DNA of 64,000 bases from Escherichia coli (GCF_003991155.1 NZ_CP031293.1), one strand, 5' to 3'. Positions 30,722-43,820 are shown, numbered from the stretch's first letter. Translations and numbers: made by a program. Notes: generated from the sequence alone by a model not told the origin.

Positions 30722-30861
30722 TGAGGGTAGAGCGGGGTTTCCCCCGCCCTGGTAGTCTTAGTAAGCCGGGAAGCTTATGACTAAGAGCACCACGATGATG
30801 ATCCACTTCATCATGACCCTTTCCTTATTTAAGGCCCCTTCCTCGGGAGGGGCTTTCCCGT
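30722..30861 (+). ncRNA. sib: Sib antisense RNA, copy 4 (approximate ends)
   Basis: Same repeat architecture. Confidence 0.55.
30758..30814 (-). CDS. ibs: Ibs type I toxin peptide, copy 4 (MMKWIIIVVLLVISFPAY)
   Basis: 18-codon minus-strand ORF read by hand. Confidence 0.75.
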   Translation of the reverse strand: MMKWIIIVVLLVISFPAY

Positions 30862-31049
30862 TTCAGCGTCCCGCTGAAATCATCGGCTTACCTCCTTTCG
30901 CCCTGAATGCAGTCTATCGCTGACTTGCGGATAAAATAGTTTCACATGTGATTATTGCGTGACGTCTCGCAAAGAATATTTGCTGGCAGGATCGCAGACT
31001 GCAAAGCCTGCGGATTGACAATCGGACCGTGAAGGCATACTTTCAGGAG

Positions 31050-31189
31050 TGAGGGTAGAGCGGGGTTTCCCCCGCCCTGGTAGTCTTAGTATGCTGGGTA
31101 GCTAATCACTAAGAGCACCACGATGATGAGTAGCTTCATCATGACCCTTTCCTTATTTAAGGCCCCTTCCTCGGGAGGGGCTTTCCCGT
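31050..31189 (+). ncRNA. sib: Sib antisense RNA, copy 5 (approximate ends)
   Basis: Same repeat architecture. Confidence 0.55.
31086..31142 (-). CDS. ibs: Ibs type I toxin peptide, copy 5 (MMKLLIIVVLLVISYPAY)
   Basis: 18-codon minus-strand ORF read by hand. Confidence 0.75.
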   Translation of the reverse strand: MMKLLIIVVLLVISYPAY

Positions 31190-31420
31190 TTCAGCGTCCC
31201 GCTGAAATCATCGGCTTACCTCCTTTCGCCCTGAATGCAGTCTATCGCTAACGCGTAGATAAAATAGTTTCCTGTGTTATTACTGGATGCGTGCTCGCAA
31301 AAGTGCCTGCCATTCAGACGATTCCCGACAGTGTTTCATAATTCCTCCATTTTTCTCCCTTATTGGCTGGCTACACTAGTATCATTCCGCGAAACGTTTC
31401 AGGAAGAGAAACTCTTAACG

Positions 31421-32668
31421 ATGAAAGGCAGTTATAAATCCCGTTGGGTAATCGTAATCGTGGTGGTTATCGCCGCCATCGCCGCATTCTGGTTCTGGCA
31501 AGGCCGCAATGACTCCCGGAGTGCAGCCTCAGGGGCGACGAAACAAGCGCAGCAATCGCCAGCGGGTGGTCGCCGTGGTATGCGTGCCGGTCCATTAGCC
31601 CCGGTTCAGGCAGCGACCGCCGTAGAACAAGCTGTGCCACGTTATCTCACCGGGCTTGGCACCATTACCGCCGCTAATACTGTTACGGTGCGCAGCCGCG
31701 TGGACGGTCAACTGATGGCGTTGCATTTCCAGGAAGGCCAGCAGGTCAAAGCTGGCGATTTACTGGCAGAAATTGACCCCAGCCAGTTCAAAGTTGCATT
31801 AGCACAAGCCCAGGGCCAACTGGCAAAAGATAAAGCCACGCTTGCCAACGCCCGCCGTGACCTGGCGCGTTATCAACAACTGGTAAAAACCAATCTCGTA
31901 TCTCGTCAGGAACTGGATGCCCAACAAGCGCTGGTCAGTGAAACCGAAGGTACCATTAAGGCTGATGAAGCAAGCGTCGCCAGCGCGCAATTGCAACTCG
32001 ACTGGAGCCGTATCACCGCACCAGTTGATGGTCGCGTTGGTCTCAAGCAGGTTGATGTTGGTAACCAAATCTCCAGTGGTGATACCACCGGGATTGTGGT
32101 GATCACCCAGACGCATCCTATCGATTTGCTCTTTACCCTGCCGGAAAGCGATATCGCTACCGTAGTACAGGCGCAAAAAACCGGAAAACCGCTGGTTGTT
32201 GAAGCCTGGGATCGCACCAACTCGAAGAAATTAAGTGAAGGCACGCTGTTAAGTCTCGATAACCAAATCGATGCCACTACCGGTACGATTAAAGTGAAAG
32301 CACGCTTTAATAATCAGGATGATGCGCTGTTTCCCAATCAGTTTGTTAACGCGCGTATGTTAGTCGACACCGAACAAAACGCCGTGGTGATCCCCACCGC
32401 CGCCCTGCAAATGGGCAATGAAGGCCATTTTGTCTGGGTGCTGAATAGCGAAAACAAGGTCAGCAAACATCTGGTGACGCCGGGCATTCAGGACAGTCAG
32501 AAAGTGGTGATCCGCGCAGGTATTTCTGCGGGCGATCGCGTGGTGACGGATGGCATTGATCGCCTGACCGAAGGGGCGAAAGTGGAAGTGGTGGAAGCCC
32601 AGAGCGCCACCACTTCGGAAGAGAAAGCCACCAGCCGCGAATACGCGAAAAAAGGAGCACGCTCCTGA
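31421..32668 (+). CDS. mdtA: RND efflux membrane fusion protein
   Basis: ORF-track entry trimmed to [19 protein letters not shown]... (415 aa). Confidence 0.92.
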   Translation: MKGSYKSRWVIVIVVVIAAIAAFWFWQGRNDSRSAASGATKQAQQSPAGGRRGMRAGPLAPVQAATAVEQAVPRYLTGLGTITAANTVTVRSRVDGQLMALHFQEGQQVKAGDLLAEIDPSQFKVALAQAQGQLAKDKATLANARRDLARYQQLVKTNLVSRQELDAQQALVSETEGTIKADEASVASAQLQLDWSRITAPVDGRVGLKQVDVGNQISSGDTTGIVVITQTHPIDLLFTLPESDIATVVQAQKTGKPLVVEAWDRTNSKKLSEGTLLSLDNQIDATTGTIKVKARFNNQDDALFPNQFVNARMLVDTEQNAVVIPTAALQMGNEGHFVWVLNSENKVSKHLVTPGIQDSQKVVIRAGISAGDRVVTDGIDRLTEGAKVEVVEAQSATTSEEKATSREYAKKGARS

Positions 32669-35600
32669 TGCAGGTGTTACCCCCGAGCAGCACAGGCGGC
32701 CCGTCGCGCCTGTTTATTATGCGTCCTGTCGCCACCACGCTGCTGATGGTGGCGATCTTACTCGCCGGGATTATCGGTTATCGAGCCCTGCCCGTTTCGG
32801 CGCTGCCGGAAGTGGACTATCCGACCATTCAGGTGGTCACGCTTTATCCAGGTGCGAGCCCGGATGTCATGACCTCTGCCGTTACCGCGCCGCTCGAACG
32901 CCAGTTCGGGCAGATGTCTGGCCTGAAACAGATGTCGTCGCAAAGTTCCGGCGGTGCGTCAGTTATCACTTTACAGTTCCAGCTAACATTACCGCTCGAT
33001 GTCGCCGAGCAGGAAGTGCAGGCCGCGATTAACGCTGCGACCAACTTGTTGCCGAGCGATCTGCCTAACCCGCCGGTTTACAGCAAAGTGAATCCGGCAG
33101 ATCCGCCGATCATGACGCTCGCCGTCACCTCAACCGCCATGCCGATGACCCAGGTGGAAGATATGGTGGAAACCCGCGTCGCGCAGAAAATCTCGCAGAT
33201 TTCCGGCGTCGGCCTGGTGACGCTTTCCGGCGGTCAGCGTCCGGCTGTTCGTGTCAAACTTAACGCTCAGGCGATTGCCGCCCTCGGCCTGACCAGCGAA
33301 ACCGTGCGCACCGCCATTACCGGCGCGAACGTTAACTCAGCGAAAGGTAGCCTCGACGGCCCTTCCCGCGCGGTCACGCTTTCCGCGAACGACCAGATGC
33401 AATCCGCCGAAGAGTATCGCCAGCTAATCATCGCCTACCAGAACGGCGCGCCGATTCGTCTGGGCGATGTCGCAACCGTAGAGCAAGGAGCAGAAAACAG
33501 CTGGCTCGGCGCGTGGGCGAACAAAGAACAGGCCATTGTGATGAATGTTCAGCGCCAGCCCGGTGCTAACATTATCTCCACCGCCGACAGCATCCGGCAG
33601 ATGCTGCCACAACTCACCGAGAGTTTGCCGAAATCGGTGAAGGTGACAGTACTTTCTGACCGTACCACCAATATTCGCGCATCCGTCGATGATACTCAGT
33701 TTGAATTAATGATGGCTATCGCGCTGGTAGTCATGATTATCTACCTGTTTTTGCGCAATATTCCGGCGACCATTATTCCTGGCGTCGCAGTGCCGCTGTC
33801 GTTAATCGGCACCTTCGCAGTCATGGTGTTTCTCGATTTTTCGATCAATAACCTGACGCTGATGGCATTAACTATCGCCACCGGATTCGTGGTCGATGAC
33901 GCCATCGTGGTGATCGAGAACATTTCGCGCTATATCGAAAAAGGCGAAAAACCGCTGGCGGCGGCGCTCAAGGGCGCGGGTGAAATCGGTTTTACCATTA
34001 TCTCGCTGACCTTCTCGCTGATTGCAGTGCTGATCCCGCTACTGTTTATGGGCGATATCGTCGGGCGACTGTTCCGCGAGTTTGCCATTACCCTGGCGGT
34101 AGCAATTTTGATCTCCGCCGTGGTGTCGCTGACTCTGACGCCGATGATGTGCGCGCGGATGCTCAGCCAGGAGTCGCTGCGTAAACAGAATCGCTTCTCC
34201 CGAGCCTCGGAGAAAATGTTCGACAGGATAATCGCCGCCTATGGTCGTGGACTGGCGAAAGTGCTGAATCATCCGTGGCTGACCTTAAGCGTGGCGCTCA
34301 GCACGCTGCTGCTTAGCGTGCTGTTGTGGGTGTTCATTCCGAAAGGTTTCTTCCCGGTACAGGACAACGGCATTATTCAGGGCACTTTGCAGGCACCGCA
34401 ATCCAGCTCCTTTACCAATATGGCCCAGCGGCAACGCCAGGTCGCGGATGTGATTTTGCAGGATCCGGCAGTGCAAAGTATGACCTCGTTTGTTGGCGTT
34501 GATGGCACTAACCCGTCGCTGAACAGTGCGCGTTTACAAATCAACCTCAAACCGTTGGATGAACGTGATGACCGGGTGCAAAAAGTCATCGCCCGTCTGC
34601 AAACGGCGGTCGATAAAGTGCCGGGCGTCGATCTCTTCCTGCAACCAACGCAGGATCTGACTATCGATACTCAGGTCAGCCGCACCCAGTACCAGTTTAC
34701 CTTGCAGGCCACATCGCTGGATGCGCTCAGCACCTGGGTGCCGCAACTCGTGGAAAAACTCCAGCAGTTGCCACAGCTTTCTGATGTCTCCAGTGACTGG
34801 CAGGACAAAGGGCTGGTGGCGTATGTCAATGTTGATCGCGACAGCGCCAGCCGTCTGGGGATCAGCATGGCGGACGTCGATAACGCCCTGTACAACGCGT
34901 TTGGTCAGCGACTGATTTCCACTATTTATACTCAGGCTAACCAGTATCGCGTGGTGCTGGAACACAACACTGAAAATACCCCAGGCCTCGCGGCGCTGGA
35001 TACTATCCGCCTGACCAGCAGCGACGGTGGCGTGGTGCCGCTAAGCTCAATTGCCAAAATTGAGCAGCGTTTTGCGCCGCTCTCCATCAACCATCTGAAT
35101 CAGTTCCCGGTAACGACTATCTCCTTTAACGTGCCGGATAACTATTCGCTGGGCGATGCGGTGCAGGCGATTATGGACACCGAAAAAACGCTGAATCTGC
35201 CGGTGGATATCACCACGCAGTTCCAGGGTAGCACCCTCGCCTTCCAGTCGGCATTGGGCAGCACTGTCTGGCTGATTGTCGCGGCGGTGGTGGCGATGTA
35301 TATCGTGCTCGGTATTCTGTATGAAAGTTTTATTCACCCGATCACCATTCTCTCGACGTTGCCAACGGCAGGTGTTGGCGCACTGCTGGCGCTAATGATT
35401 GCCGGAAGTGAGCTGGATGTGATCGCCATCATCGGCATTATTTTGCTGATCGGTATTGTGAAGAAAAACGCCATCATGATGATCGACTTCGCGCTGGCTG
35501 CTGAGCGCGAGCAAGGCATGTCGCCGCGCGAAGCTATTTACCAGGCTTGTCTGTTGCGTTTTCGTCCGATCCTGATGACCACTCTGGCGGCTCTGCTTGG

Positions 35601-35790
35601 CTCGCTGCCGCTGATGTTGAGTACCGGGGTCGGCGCGGAACTACGTCGTCCGTTAGGTATCGGCATGGTCGGCGGTCTGATAGTCAGCCAGGTGCTGACG
35701 CTGTTTACCACGCCGGTGATTTATTTGCTATTCGACCGCCTGGCATTGTGGACCAAAAGCCGCTTTGCCCGTCATGAAGAGGAGGCGTAA
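32668..35790 (+). CDS. mdtB: RND multidrug efflux transporter subunit
   Basis: 1040-aa [30 protein letters not shown]...; TGATG overlap with mdtA. Confidence 0.95.
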   Translation: MQVLPPSSTGGPSRLFIMRPVATTLLMVAILLAGIIGYRALPVSALPEVDYPTIQVVTLYPGASPDVMTSAVTAPLERQFGQMSGLKQMSSQSSGGASVITLQFQLTLPLDVAEQEVQAAINAATNLLPSDLPNPPVYSKVNPADPPIMTLAVTSTAMPMTQVEDMVETRVAQKISQISGVGLVTLSGGQRPAVRVKLNAQAIAALGLTSETVRTAITGANVNSAKGSLDGPSRAVTLSANDQMQSAEEYRQLIIAYQNGAPIRLGDVATVEQGAENSWLGAWANKEQAIVMNVQRQPGANIISTADSIRQMLPQLTESLPKSVKVTVLSDRTTNIRASVDDTQFELMMAIALVVMIIYLFLRNIPATIIPGVAVPLSLIGTFAVMVFLDFSINNLTLMALTIATGFVVDDAIVVIENISRYIEKGEKPLAAALKGAGEIGFTIISLTFSLIAVLIPLLFMGDIVGRLFREFAITLAVAILISAVVSLTLTPMMCARMLSQESLRKQNRFSRASEKMFDRIIAAYGRGLAKVLNHPWLTLSVALSTLLLSVLLWVFIPKGFFPVQDNGIIQGTLQAPQSSSFTNMAQRQRQVADVILQDPAVQSMTSFVGVDGTNPSLNSARLQINLKPLDERDDRVQKVIARLQTAVDKVPGVDLFLQPTQDLTIDTQVSRTQYQFTLQATSLDALSTWVPQLVEKLQQLPQLSDVSSDWQDKGLVAYVNVDRDSASRLGISMADVDNALYNAFGQRLISTIYTQANQYRVVLEHNTENTPGLAALDTIRLTSSDGGVVPLSSIAKIEQRFAPLSINHLNQFPVTTISFNVPDNYSLGDAVQAIMDTEKTLNLPVDITTQFQGSTLAFQSALGSTVWLIVAAVVAMYIVLGILYESFIHPITILSTLPTAGVGALLALMIAGSELDVIAIIGIILLIGIVKKNAIMMIDFALAAEREQGMSPREAIYQACLLRFRPILMTTLAALLGSLPLMLSTGVGAELRRPLGIGMVGGLIVSQVLTLFTTPVIYLLFDRLALWTKSRFARHEEEA

Positions 35791-38700
35791 GTGAAGTTTT
35801 TTGCCCTCTTCATTTACCGCCCGGTGGCGACGATTTTACTGTCGGTCGCCATTACCCTGTGCGGCATACTGGGTTTCCGTATGCTGCCAGTCGCCTCGCT
35901 GCCGCAGGTCGATTTTCCGGTGATCATGGTCAGCGCCTCGCTGCCCGGTGCGTCACCAGAAACAATGGCGTCTTCCGTTGCCACGCCGCTGGAGCGCTCA
36001 CTTGGGCGCATTGCCGGAGTCAGCGAAATGACCTCCAGCAGTTCGCTCGGCAGCACGCGCATTATTTTGCAGTTTGATTTTGACCGGGATATCAACGGCG
36101 CAGCGCGCGATGTGCAGGCGGCGATCAACGCCGCGCAAAGTCTGCTACCCAGCGGGATGCCCAGCCGTCCGACCTATCGCAAAGCGAACCCATCGGATGC
36201 GCCAATTATGATCCTCACGCTGACATCCGATACTTATTCGCAGGGTGAACTGTACGATTTCGCCTCGACACAGCTGGCTCCGACAATTTCGCAAATCGAC
36301 GGTGTCGGTGATGTCGATGTCGGCGGCAGCTCACTGCCCGCCGTACGCGTCGGGCTGAATCCGCAGGCGCTGTTTAATCAGGGCGTCTCGCTGGACGACG
36401 TACGCACTGCCATCAGCAATGCCAACGTGCGTAAACCGCAGGGCGCACTGGAAGATGGCACCCACCGCTGGCAGATCCAGACCAATGACGAACTGAAAAC
36501 TGCCGCTGAATATCAGCCGCTAATTATTCATTACAACAACGGCGGAGCGGTTCGTCTGGGCGATGTGGCGACGGTGACCGACTCAGTACAGGATGTGCGC
36601 AACGCCGGGATGACCAACGCCAAACCGGCTATTTTGCTGATGATCCGCAAGCTGCCGGAAGCCAATATTATCCAGACGGTAGACAGCATCCGCGCCCGTC
36701 TGCCGGAATTACAATCCACCATCCCGGCAGCAATTGATCTGCAAATTGCCCAGGATCGCTCCCCTACTATCCGCGCGTCGCTGGAAGAGGTTGAGCAGAC
36801 GCTGATTATCTCGGTGGCGCTGGTGATTCTGGTGGTGTTTTTATTCCTGCGCTCGGGTCGCGCCACTATTATTCCCGCCGTTGCGGTGCCGGTTTCGCTG
36901 ATTGGTACGTTTGCGGCGATGTACCTGTGCGGATTCAGTCTCAATAACCTTTCGTTAATGGCACTCACCATCGCTACTGGTTTCGTGGTGGATGACGCCA
37001 TCGTGGTGCTGGAAAACATTGCCCGTCATCTGGAAGCGGGGATGAAACCGCTACAGGCCGCGCTACAAGGTACTCGCGAAGTCGGCTTTACGGTGCTGTC
37101 GATGAGTCTGTCACTGGTGGCGGTGTTCCTGCCGCTGCTGTTGATGGGCGGATTGCCGGGTCGCCTGTTACGCGAGTTTGCCGTGACGCTTTCTGTCGCC
37201 ATTGGTATTTCGTTGCTGGTTTCCCTGACGTTAACGCCGATGATGTGCGGCTGGATGCTGAAAGCCAGCAAGCCGCGCGAGCAAAAGCGACTGCGTGGTT
37301 TTGGTCGCATGTTGGTAGCCCTGCAACAAGGCTATGGCAAGTCGCTGAAATGGGTGCTCAATCATACCCGTCTGGTGGGCGTGGTGCTGCTTGGCACCAT
37401 TGCGCTGAATATCTGGCTGTATATCTCGATCCCGAAAACCTTCTTCCCGGAGCAGGACACAGGCGTACTGATGGGCGGGATACAGGCTGACCAGAGTATT
37501 TCGTTTCAGGCGATGCGCGGCAAGTTGCAGGACTTCATGAAAATTATCCGTGACGATCCGGCGGTGGATAATGTCACCGGCTTTACTGGCGGTTCACGGG
37601 TGAACAGTGGAATGATGTTTATCACGCTTAAACCACGCGGCGAGCGGAGCGAAACGGCCCAGCAAATTATCGACCGTCTGCGGGTAAAGCTGGCGAAAGA
37701 GCCGGGGGCGAATCTGTTCCTGATGGCGGTACAGGATATTCGCGTTGGCGGACGTCAGTCGAACGCCAGCTATCAGTACACGTTACTGTCCGACGACCTG
37801 GCGGCACTGCGCGAATGGGAGCCGAAAATTCGCAAAAAACTGGCGACGTTGCCGGAACTGGCGGACGTGAACTCCGACCAGCAGGATAACGGCGCGGAAA
37901 TGAATCTGGTTTACGACCGCGACACCATGGCACGGCTGGGAATCGACGTGCAGGCCGCCAACAGCCTGTTAAATAACGCCTTCGGTCAGCGGCAAATCTC
38001 GACCATTTACCAGCCGATGAACCAGTATAAAGTGGTGATGGAAGTGGATCCGCGCTATACCCAGGACATCAGTGCGCTGGAAAAAATGTTCGTTATCAAT
38101 AACGAAGGAAAAGCGATCCCGCTGTCGTATTTCGCTAAATGGCAACCGGCGAATGCCCCACTATCGGTGAATCATCAGGGATTATCGGCGGCCTCGACCA
38201 TCTCGTTCAACCTGCCGACCGGGAAATCGCTCTCGGACGCCAGTGCGGCGATCGATCGCGCAATGACCCAGCTTGGTGTGCCTTCGACGGTGCGCGGCAG
38301 TTTTGCCGGCACGGCGCAGGTGTTCCAGGAGACGATGAACTCGCAGGTGATCCTGATTATCGCCGCCATCGCCACGGTGTATATCGTGCTGGGTATCCTT
38401 TACGAGAGTTACGTACATCCGCTGACGATCCTCTCCACCCTGCCCTCGGCGGGCGTTGGTGCGCTGCTGGCGCTGGAGCTGTTTAATGCCCCGTTCAGCC
38501 TAATCGCCCTGATAGGAATCATGCTATTAATCGGCATCGTGAAGAAAAACGCCATTATGATGGTCGATTTTGCGCTCGAAGCCCAACGGCACGGTAACCT
38601 GACGCCGCAGGAAGCTATTTTCCAGGCCTGTCTGCTGCGTTTTCGCCCGATTATGATGACTACCCTGGCGGCGCTGTTTGGCGCGCTGCCGCTGGTGTTG

Positions 38701-38868
38701 TCGGGCGGTGACGGCTCGGAGCTGCGGCAACCCCTGGGGATCACCATTGTCGGCGGTCTGGTAATGAGCCAGCTTCTGACGCTGTATACCACGCCGGTGG
38801 TGTATCTCTTTTTCGACCGTCTGCGGCTGCGTTTTTCGCGTAAACCTAAACAAACGATAACCGAGTAA
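35791..38868 (+). CDS. mdtC: RND multidrug efflux transporter subunit
   Basis: 1025-aa ORF, GTG start immediately after mdtB stop. Confidence 0.95.
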   Translation: MKFFALFIYRPVATILLSVAITLCGILGFRMLPVASLPQVDFPVIMVSASLPGASPETMASSVATPLERSLGRIAGVSEMTSSSSLGSTRIILQFDFDRDINGAARDVQAAINAAQSLLPSGMPSRPTYRKANPSDAPIMILTLTSDTYSQGELYDFASTQLAPTISQIDGVGDVDVGGSSLPAVRVGLNPQALFNQGVSLDDVRTAISNANVRKPQGALEDGTHRWQIQTNDELKTAAEYQPLIIHYNNGGAVRLGDVATVTDSVQDVRNAGMTNAKPAILLMIRKLPEANIIQTVDSIRARLPELQSTIPAAIDLQIAQDRSPTIRASLEEVEQTLIISVALVILVVFLFLRSGRATIIPAVAVPVSLIGTFAAMYLCGFSLNNLSLMALTIATGFVVDDAIVVLENIARHLEAGMKPLQAALQGTREVGFTVLSMSLSLVAVFLPLLLMGGLPGRLLREFAVTLSVAIGISLLVSLTLTPMMCGWMLKASKPREQKRLRGFGRMLVALQQGYGKSLKWVLNHTRLVGVVLLGTIALNIWLYISIPKTFFPEQDTGVLMGGIQADQSISFQAMRGKLQDFMKIIRDDPAVDNVTGFTGGSRVNSGMMFITLKPRGERSETAQQIIDRLRVKLAKEPGANLFLMAVQDIRVGGRQSNASYQYTLLSDDLAALREWEPKIRKKLATLPELADVNSDQQDNGAEMNLVYDRDTMARLGIDVQAANSLLNNAFGQRQISTIYQPMNQYKVVMEVDPRYTQDISALEKMFVINNEGKAIPLSYFAKWQPANAPLSVNHQGLSAASTISFNLPTGKSLSDASAAIDRAMTQLGVPSTVRGSFAGTAQVFQETMNSQVILIIAAIATVYIVLGILYESYVHPLTILSTLPSAGVGALLALELFNAPFSLIALIGIMLLIGIVKKNAIMMVDFALEAQRHGNLTPQEAIFQACLLRFRPIMMTTLAALFGALPLVLSGGDGSELRQPLGITIVGGLVMSQLLTLYTTPVVYLFFDRLRLRFSRKPKQTITE

Positions 38869-40284
38869 ATGACAGATCTTCCCGACAGCACCCGCTGGCA
38901 ATTGTGGATTGTGGCTTTCGGCTTCTTTATGCAGTCGCTGGACACCACCATCGTAAACACTGCCCTTCCCTCAATGGCGCAAAGCCTCGGGGAAAGTCCG
39001 TTGCATATGCACATGGTCATTGTCTCTTATGTGCTGACCGTGGCGGTGATGCTGCCCGCCAGCGGCTGGCTGGCGGACAAAGTCGGCGTGCGCAATATTT
39101 TCTTTACCGCCATCGTGCTGTTTACTCTCGGTTCACTGTTTTGCGCACTTTCCGGCACGCTGAACGAACTGTTGCTGGCACGCGCGTTACAGGGCGTTGG
39201 CGGTGCGATGATGGTGCCGGTCGGCAGGTTGACGGTGATGAAAATCGTACCGCGCGAGCAATATATGGCGGCGATGACCTTTGTCACGTTACCCGGTCAG
39301 GTCGGGCCGCTGCTCGGTCCGGCACTCGGCGGCCTGCTGGTGGAGTACGCCTCCTGGCACTGGATCTTTTTGATCAACATTCCGGTGGGGATTATCGGTG
39401 CGATCGCCACACTGATGTTAATGCCGAACTACACCATGCAGACGCGGCGCTTTGATCTCTCCGGCTTTTTATTGCTGGCGGTTGGCATGGCGGTATTAAC
39501 CCTGGCGCTGGACGGCAGTAAAGGTACAGGTTTATCGCCGCTGGCGATTGCTGGCCTGGTCACAGTTGGTGTGGTGGCACTGGTGCTTTATCTGCTGCAC
39601 GCCAGAAATAACAACCGCGCTCTTTTCAGTCTGAAACTGTTCCGCACTCGTACCTTTTCACTGGGCCTGGCGGGGAGCTTTGCCGGACGTATCGGTAGCG
39701 GCATGTTGCCCTTTATGACGCCGGTTTTCCTGCAAATTGGCCTCGGTTTCTCGCCTTTTCATGCCGGACTGATGATGATCCCGATGGTGCTTGGCAGCAT
39801 GGGAATGAAGCGAATTGTGGTACAGGTGGTGAATCGCTTTGGTTATCGTCGGGTACTGGTAGCGACCACGCTGGGTCTGTCGCTGGTCACCATGTTGTTT
39901 ATGACCACCGCGCTGCTGGGCTGGTACTACGTTTTACCGTTCGTCCTGTTTTTACAAGGAATGGTCAACTCAACGCGTTTCTCCTCCATGAACACCCTGA
40001 CGCTGAAAGATCTCCCGGACAATCTGGCGAGCAGCGGAAACAGCCTGCTGTCGATGATTATGCAATTGTCGATGAGTATCGGCGTCACTATCGCCGGGCT
40101 GTTGCTGGGACTTTTTGGTTCACAGCATGTCAGCGTCGACAGCGGCACCACACAAACCGTCTTTATGTACACCTGGCTTAGCATGGCGTTTATCATCGCC
40201 CTTCCGGCGTTCATCTTTGCCAGAGTGCCGAACGATACGCATCAAAATGTCGCTATTTCGCGGCGAAAAAGGAGCGCGCAATGA
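38869..40284 (+). CDS. mdtD: MFS transporter
   Basis: 471-aa 14-TM-like MFS protein; starts directly after mdtC stop. Confidence 0.93.
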   Translation: MTDLPDSTRWQLWIVAFGFFMQSLDTTIVNTALPSMAQSLGESPLHMHMVIVSYVLTVAVMLPASGWLADKVGVRNIFFTAIVLFTLGSLFCALSGTLNELLLARALQGVGGAMMVPVGRLTVMKIVPREQYMAAMTFVTLPGQVGPLLGPALGGLLVEYASWHWIFLINIPVGIIGAIATLMLMPNYTMQTRRFDLSGFLLLAVGMAVLTLALDGSKGTGLSPLAIAGLVTVGVVALVLYLLHARNNNRALFSLKLFRTRTFSLGLAGSFAGRIGSGMLPFMTPVFLQIGLGFSPFHAGLMMIPMVLGSMGMKRIVVQVVNRFGYRRVLVATTLGLSLVTMLFMTTALLGWYYVLPFVLFLQGMVNSTRFSSMNTLTLKDLPDNLASSGNSLLSMIMQLSMSIGVTIAGLLLGLFGSQHVSVDSGTTQTVFMYTWLSMAFIIALPAFIFARVPNDTHQNVAISRRKRSAQ

Positions 40285-41684
40285 AGTTCTGGCGACCCGG
40301 TATTACCGGCAAACTGTTTCTGGCGATTTTCGCCACCTGCATTGTCTTGCTGATCAGTATGCACTGGGCGGTGCGTATCAGTTTTGAGCGTGGCTTTATT
40401 GATTACATCAAGCATGGTAATGAACAACGGCTGCAAATGCTCGGCGATGCGCTTGGTGAGCAGTACGCCCAGCACGGGAACTGGCGCTTCCTGCGTAATA
40501 ACGATCGCTTTGTATTTCAGATCCTACGTTCGCTGGAGCATGATAACAACGAAGATAAGCCCGGCCCCGGTATGCCGCCACACGGCTGGCGCACGCAATT
40601 CTGGGTGGTTGATCAAAACAACAAAGTGCTGGTTGGCCCGCGAGCACCGATTCCACCAGACGGCACACGGCGGCCCATTATGGTCAATGGGGCGGAAGTG
40701 GGTGCGGTGATCGCCTCCCCTGTTGAACGACTGACCCGCAATACCGATATCAATTTTGACAGACAACAGAGGCAAACCAGTTGGCTGATTGTCGCTTTAT
40801 CTACCTTGTTAGCGGCGCTGGCGACATTCCCACTGGCGCGCGGTTTGCTGGCTCCGGTCAAACGACTGGTGGACGGTACACACAAACTGGCAGCGGGCGA
40901 TTTCACTACTCGCGTAGCCCCCACCAGCGAAGATGAGTTGGGCAGACTGGCAGAGGATTTCAATCAACTCGCCAGCACACTGGAGAAAAACCAGCAGATG
41001 CGCCGCGATTTTATGGCCGATATCTCCCACGAGCTGCGCACGCCTTTAGCGGTACTGCGCGGCGAACTGGAAGCTATTCAGGATGGCGTGCGTAAATTCA
41101 CGCCGGAGACGGTGGCTTCTTTACAGGCAGAGGTCGGTACACTGACCAAACTGGTGGATGATCTTCATCAATTGTCGATGTCTGATGAAGGCGCTCTCGC
41201 CTATCAAAAAGCACCGGTAGATTTGATCCCACTGCTGGAAGTGGCGGGCGGCGCATTTCGCGAACGATTCGCCAGCCGTGGCCTGAAACTGCAATTTTCC
41301 CTGCCAGACAGTATTACCGTATTTGGCGATCGCGACCGTTTAATGCAGTTATTCAATAACTTACTGGAAAACAGCCTGCGCTACACTGATAGCGGCGGTA
41401 GCCTGAAAATCTCTGCCGAGCAGCACGACAAAACGGTGCGCCTGACCTTTGCCGACAGTGCACCGGGCGTTAGTGACGATCAACTGGAAAAATTGTTTGA
41501 GCGTTTTTATCGCACCGAAGGTTCCCGCAACCGTGCCAGCGGCGGTTCCGGCTTGGGGCTGGCGATTTGTCTTAACATTGTTGAAGCACATAATGGTCGC
41601 ATTGTTGCCGCTCATTCGCCTTTTGGCGGGGTAAGCATTACAGTAGAGTTACCGCTGGAACGGGATTTACAGAGAGAAGTATGA
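40281..41684 (+). CDS. baeS: envelope-stress sensor histidine kinase
   Basis: 467-aa ORF; H-box ([10 protein letters not shown]), HATPase G-boxes; ATGA overlap with mdtD. Confidence 0.95.
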
Positions 41685-42403
41685 CCGAGTTACCAATCGA
41701 CGAAAACACGCCACGTATTTTGATCGTGGAAGATGAACCGAAGCTGGGGCAGTTGCTTATTGATTATCTGCGTGCTGCGAGCTATGCGCCGACGCTTATC
41801 AGCCACGGCGATCAGGTACTGCCATATGTGCGCCAGACACCACCGGATCTGATCCTGTTGGATCTGATGCTCCCTGGCACCGATGGCCTGACGTTGTGTC
41901 GGGAGATTCGTCGTTTTTCTGACATTCCGATCGTGATGGTGACAGCAAAAATCGAAGAGATCGACCGCCTGCTCGGGCTGGAGATTGGCGCAGATGATTA
42001 TATCTGTAAGCCGTACAGCCCACGGGAAGTGGTAGCGCGCGTCAAAACCATTTTGCGCCGTTGCAAACCGCAGCGCGAGTTGCAGCAACAGGATGCTGAA
42101 AGCCCGTTGATTATCGACGAAGGTCGTTTTCAGGCTTCATGGCGCGGAAAAATGCTTGACCTGACGCCTGCGGAATTTCGTCTGCTGAAAACGCTCTCTC
42201 ATGAACCAGGAAAAGTGTTCTCCCGCGAGCAATTGCTCAATCATCTTTATGACGACTACCGCGTAGTAACCGACCGCACCATCGACAGCCACATTAAAAA
42301 CCTGCGCCGCAAGCTGGAATCTCTCGACGCCGAACAGTCATTTATCCGCGCCGTTTACGGCGTCGGTTACCGCTGGGAAGCCGACGCCTGCCGCATCGTT
42401 TAA
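41681..42403 (+). CDS. baeR: OmpR-family response regulator
   Basis: 240-aa ORF; receiver domain plus winged-helix output; ATGA overlap with baeS. Confidence 0.95.
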
Positions 42404-42409
42404 TATTTT

Positions 42410-42450
42410 TACCTGCCGGAGAAGGCATTCACGCCGCATCCGGCAACATT
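42410..42450. repeat. REP-like palindromic element after baeR
   Basis: gccggagaaggcattcacgccgcatccggc motif read directly. Confidence 0.5.
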
Positions 42451-42582
42451 ATCCCATGCATTGTCGGCTATCTGACATTATCTCTCCGCCCTGGCAAGCA
42501 CCTGAAAATCGCTCATACTTTAATCGGCAAACAGTCCTTTTAGATGCTGTTTTCGATACGCAATTTCAATCAAGGAGTCATT

Positions 42583-42915
42583 ATGGCTGGTTGGTTTGAA
42601 CTCAGTAAGAGCAGTGATAATCAGTTCCGGTTTGTGCTAAAAGCGGGCAATGGTGAGACTATCCTCACCAGCGAGCTGTATACCTCAAAAGCCTCTGCGG
42701 AAAAGGGCATCGCGTCGGTACGTAGCAACAGCCCGCAAGAAGAACGCTATGAGAAAAAAACGGCAAGCAACGGCAAATTCTATTTCAATCTGAAAGCCGC
42801 CAATCATCAAATTATCGGCTCCAGCCAGATGTACGCCACCGCGCAATCTCGTGAAACCGGAATTGCCTCCGTTAAAGCCAATGGCACAAGCCAGACGGTA
42901 AAAGACAATACGTAA
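42583..42915 (+). CDS. yegP: DUF1508/UPF0339 family protein
   Basis: ORF-track entry trimmed to MAGWFELSKSSDNQFRFVLKAGNGE... (110 aa); internal two-fold repeat. Confidence 0.85.
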   Translation: MAGWFELSKSSDNQFRFVLKAGNGETILTSELYTSKASAEKGIASVRSNSPQEERYEKKTASNGKFYFNLKAANHQIIGSSQMYATAQSRETGIASVKANGTSQTVKDNT

Positions 42916-43168
42916 TTACGATGCCGGGCGTGGGTTGTTGGCGTCCGGCTTTATATCAAAACAACTCTTAGTTATTGATAATTAAGATTAACCTCCGCCA
43001 TTAAAATAGTGGGCACTGACGAGCACTCGTTGTGCTTTCTTTGTTTACCATCCCATACTTATCTTCCTGAACATGTTCATATGCCAAAATATCTTCTAAT
43101 ACTTTCGTGACGCTATCCGGTTTATGAAATACACTGATGTAAGATTTTTACTTACAGGCGGGTGTAAA

Positions 43169-43420
43169 ATGGCCAGAACGATGACGGTTGATCTCGGCGA
43201 TGAGTTGCGTGAATTTATCGAGTCCTTAATTGAATCCGGCGACTATCGCACCCAAAGCGAAGTGATCCGTGAGTCGCTGCGCTTACTTCGAGAAAAGCAA
43301 GCAGAGTCTCGCCTGCAAGCGTTACGTGACATGCTCGCTGAAGGGTTGAGTAGTGGTGAAGCTCAGCCGTGGGAAAAGGACGCGTTTTTACGGAAGGTGA
43401 AAGCAGGGATAAGGAAATAA
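43169..43420 (+). CDS. ParD-like antitoxin (ribbon-helix-helix)
   Basis: MARTMTVDLGDELREFIESLIESGDYRTQSEVIRESLRLL... typical of ParD/COG3609-type antitoxins; the start is uncertain (alternative in-frame starts at 43124 and 43181). Confidence 0.65.
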   Translation: MARTMTVDLGDELREFIESLIESGDYRTQSEVIRESLRLLREKQAESRLQALRDMLAEGLSSGEAQPWEKDAFLRKVKAGIRK

Positions 43421-43421
43421 T

Positions 43422-43718
43422 GTGCGTACTATAAAACTCATGCCAAAAGCCAATGAGGATTTAGAAGGCATCTGGTATTACAGCTATCACCATTTCGGCG
43501 AACCACAAGCCGACAGATATGTGGAACATCTTTCAGACGTTCTCCAGATTCTGAGTAACAATAATATAGGTACGCCCAGACCTGAATTAGGCGAAGGTAT
43601 TTTTGTTCTTCCTTTTGAACGCCACGTAATTTATTTCCTGCAATCGCCAGAGGAAATTATCGTCATTCGTATCCTTAACCAAAACCAGGACGCCTCCAGA
43701 CATTTACACTGGAGCTAA
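43422..43718 (+). CDS. ParE-like toxin (RelE/ParE superfamily)
   Basis: GTG start 2 nt after antitoxin stop with aagga SD; N-terminal LMPKANEDLEGIWYY motif characteristic of ParE. Confidence 0.65.
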   Translation: MRTIKLMPKANEDLEGIWYYSYHHFGEPQADRYVEHLSDVLQILSNNNIGTPRPELGEGIFVLPFERHVIYFLQSPEEIIVIRILNQNQDASRHLHWS

Positions 43719-43820
43719 ACCCGCCGATTGCGCTACAATGCCCGCCCTTAAAGTGGGGGCACTCCCCTAACCGCTTCATCAGGTGAAGCGGATCTGACCT
43801 GTCATCAGAACGAGAGAATT

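Noticed and set aside
29690-31270. Possible CRISPR array, suggested by the regular repeat spacing
   Set aside because: Repeat unit is ~330 bp, each containing a promoter, a small ORF and a terminator, with no short repeat/spacer alternation and no cas genes; it is a tandem ibs/sib array.
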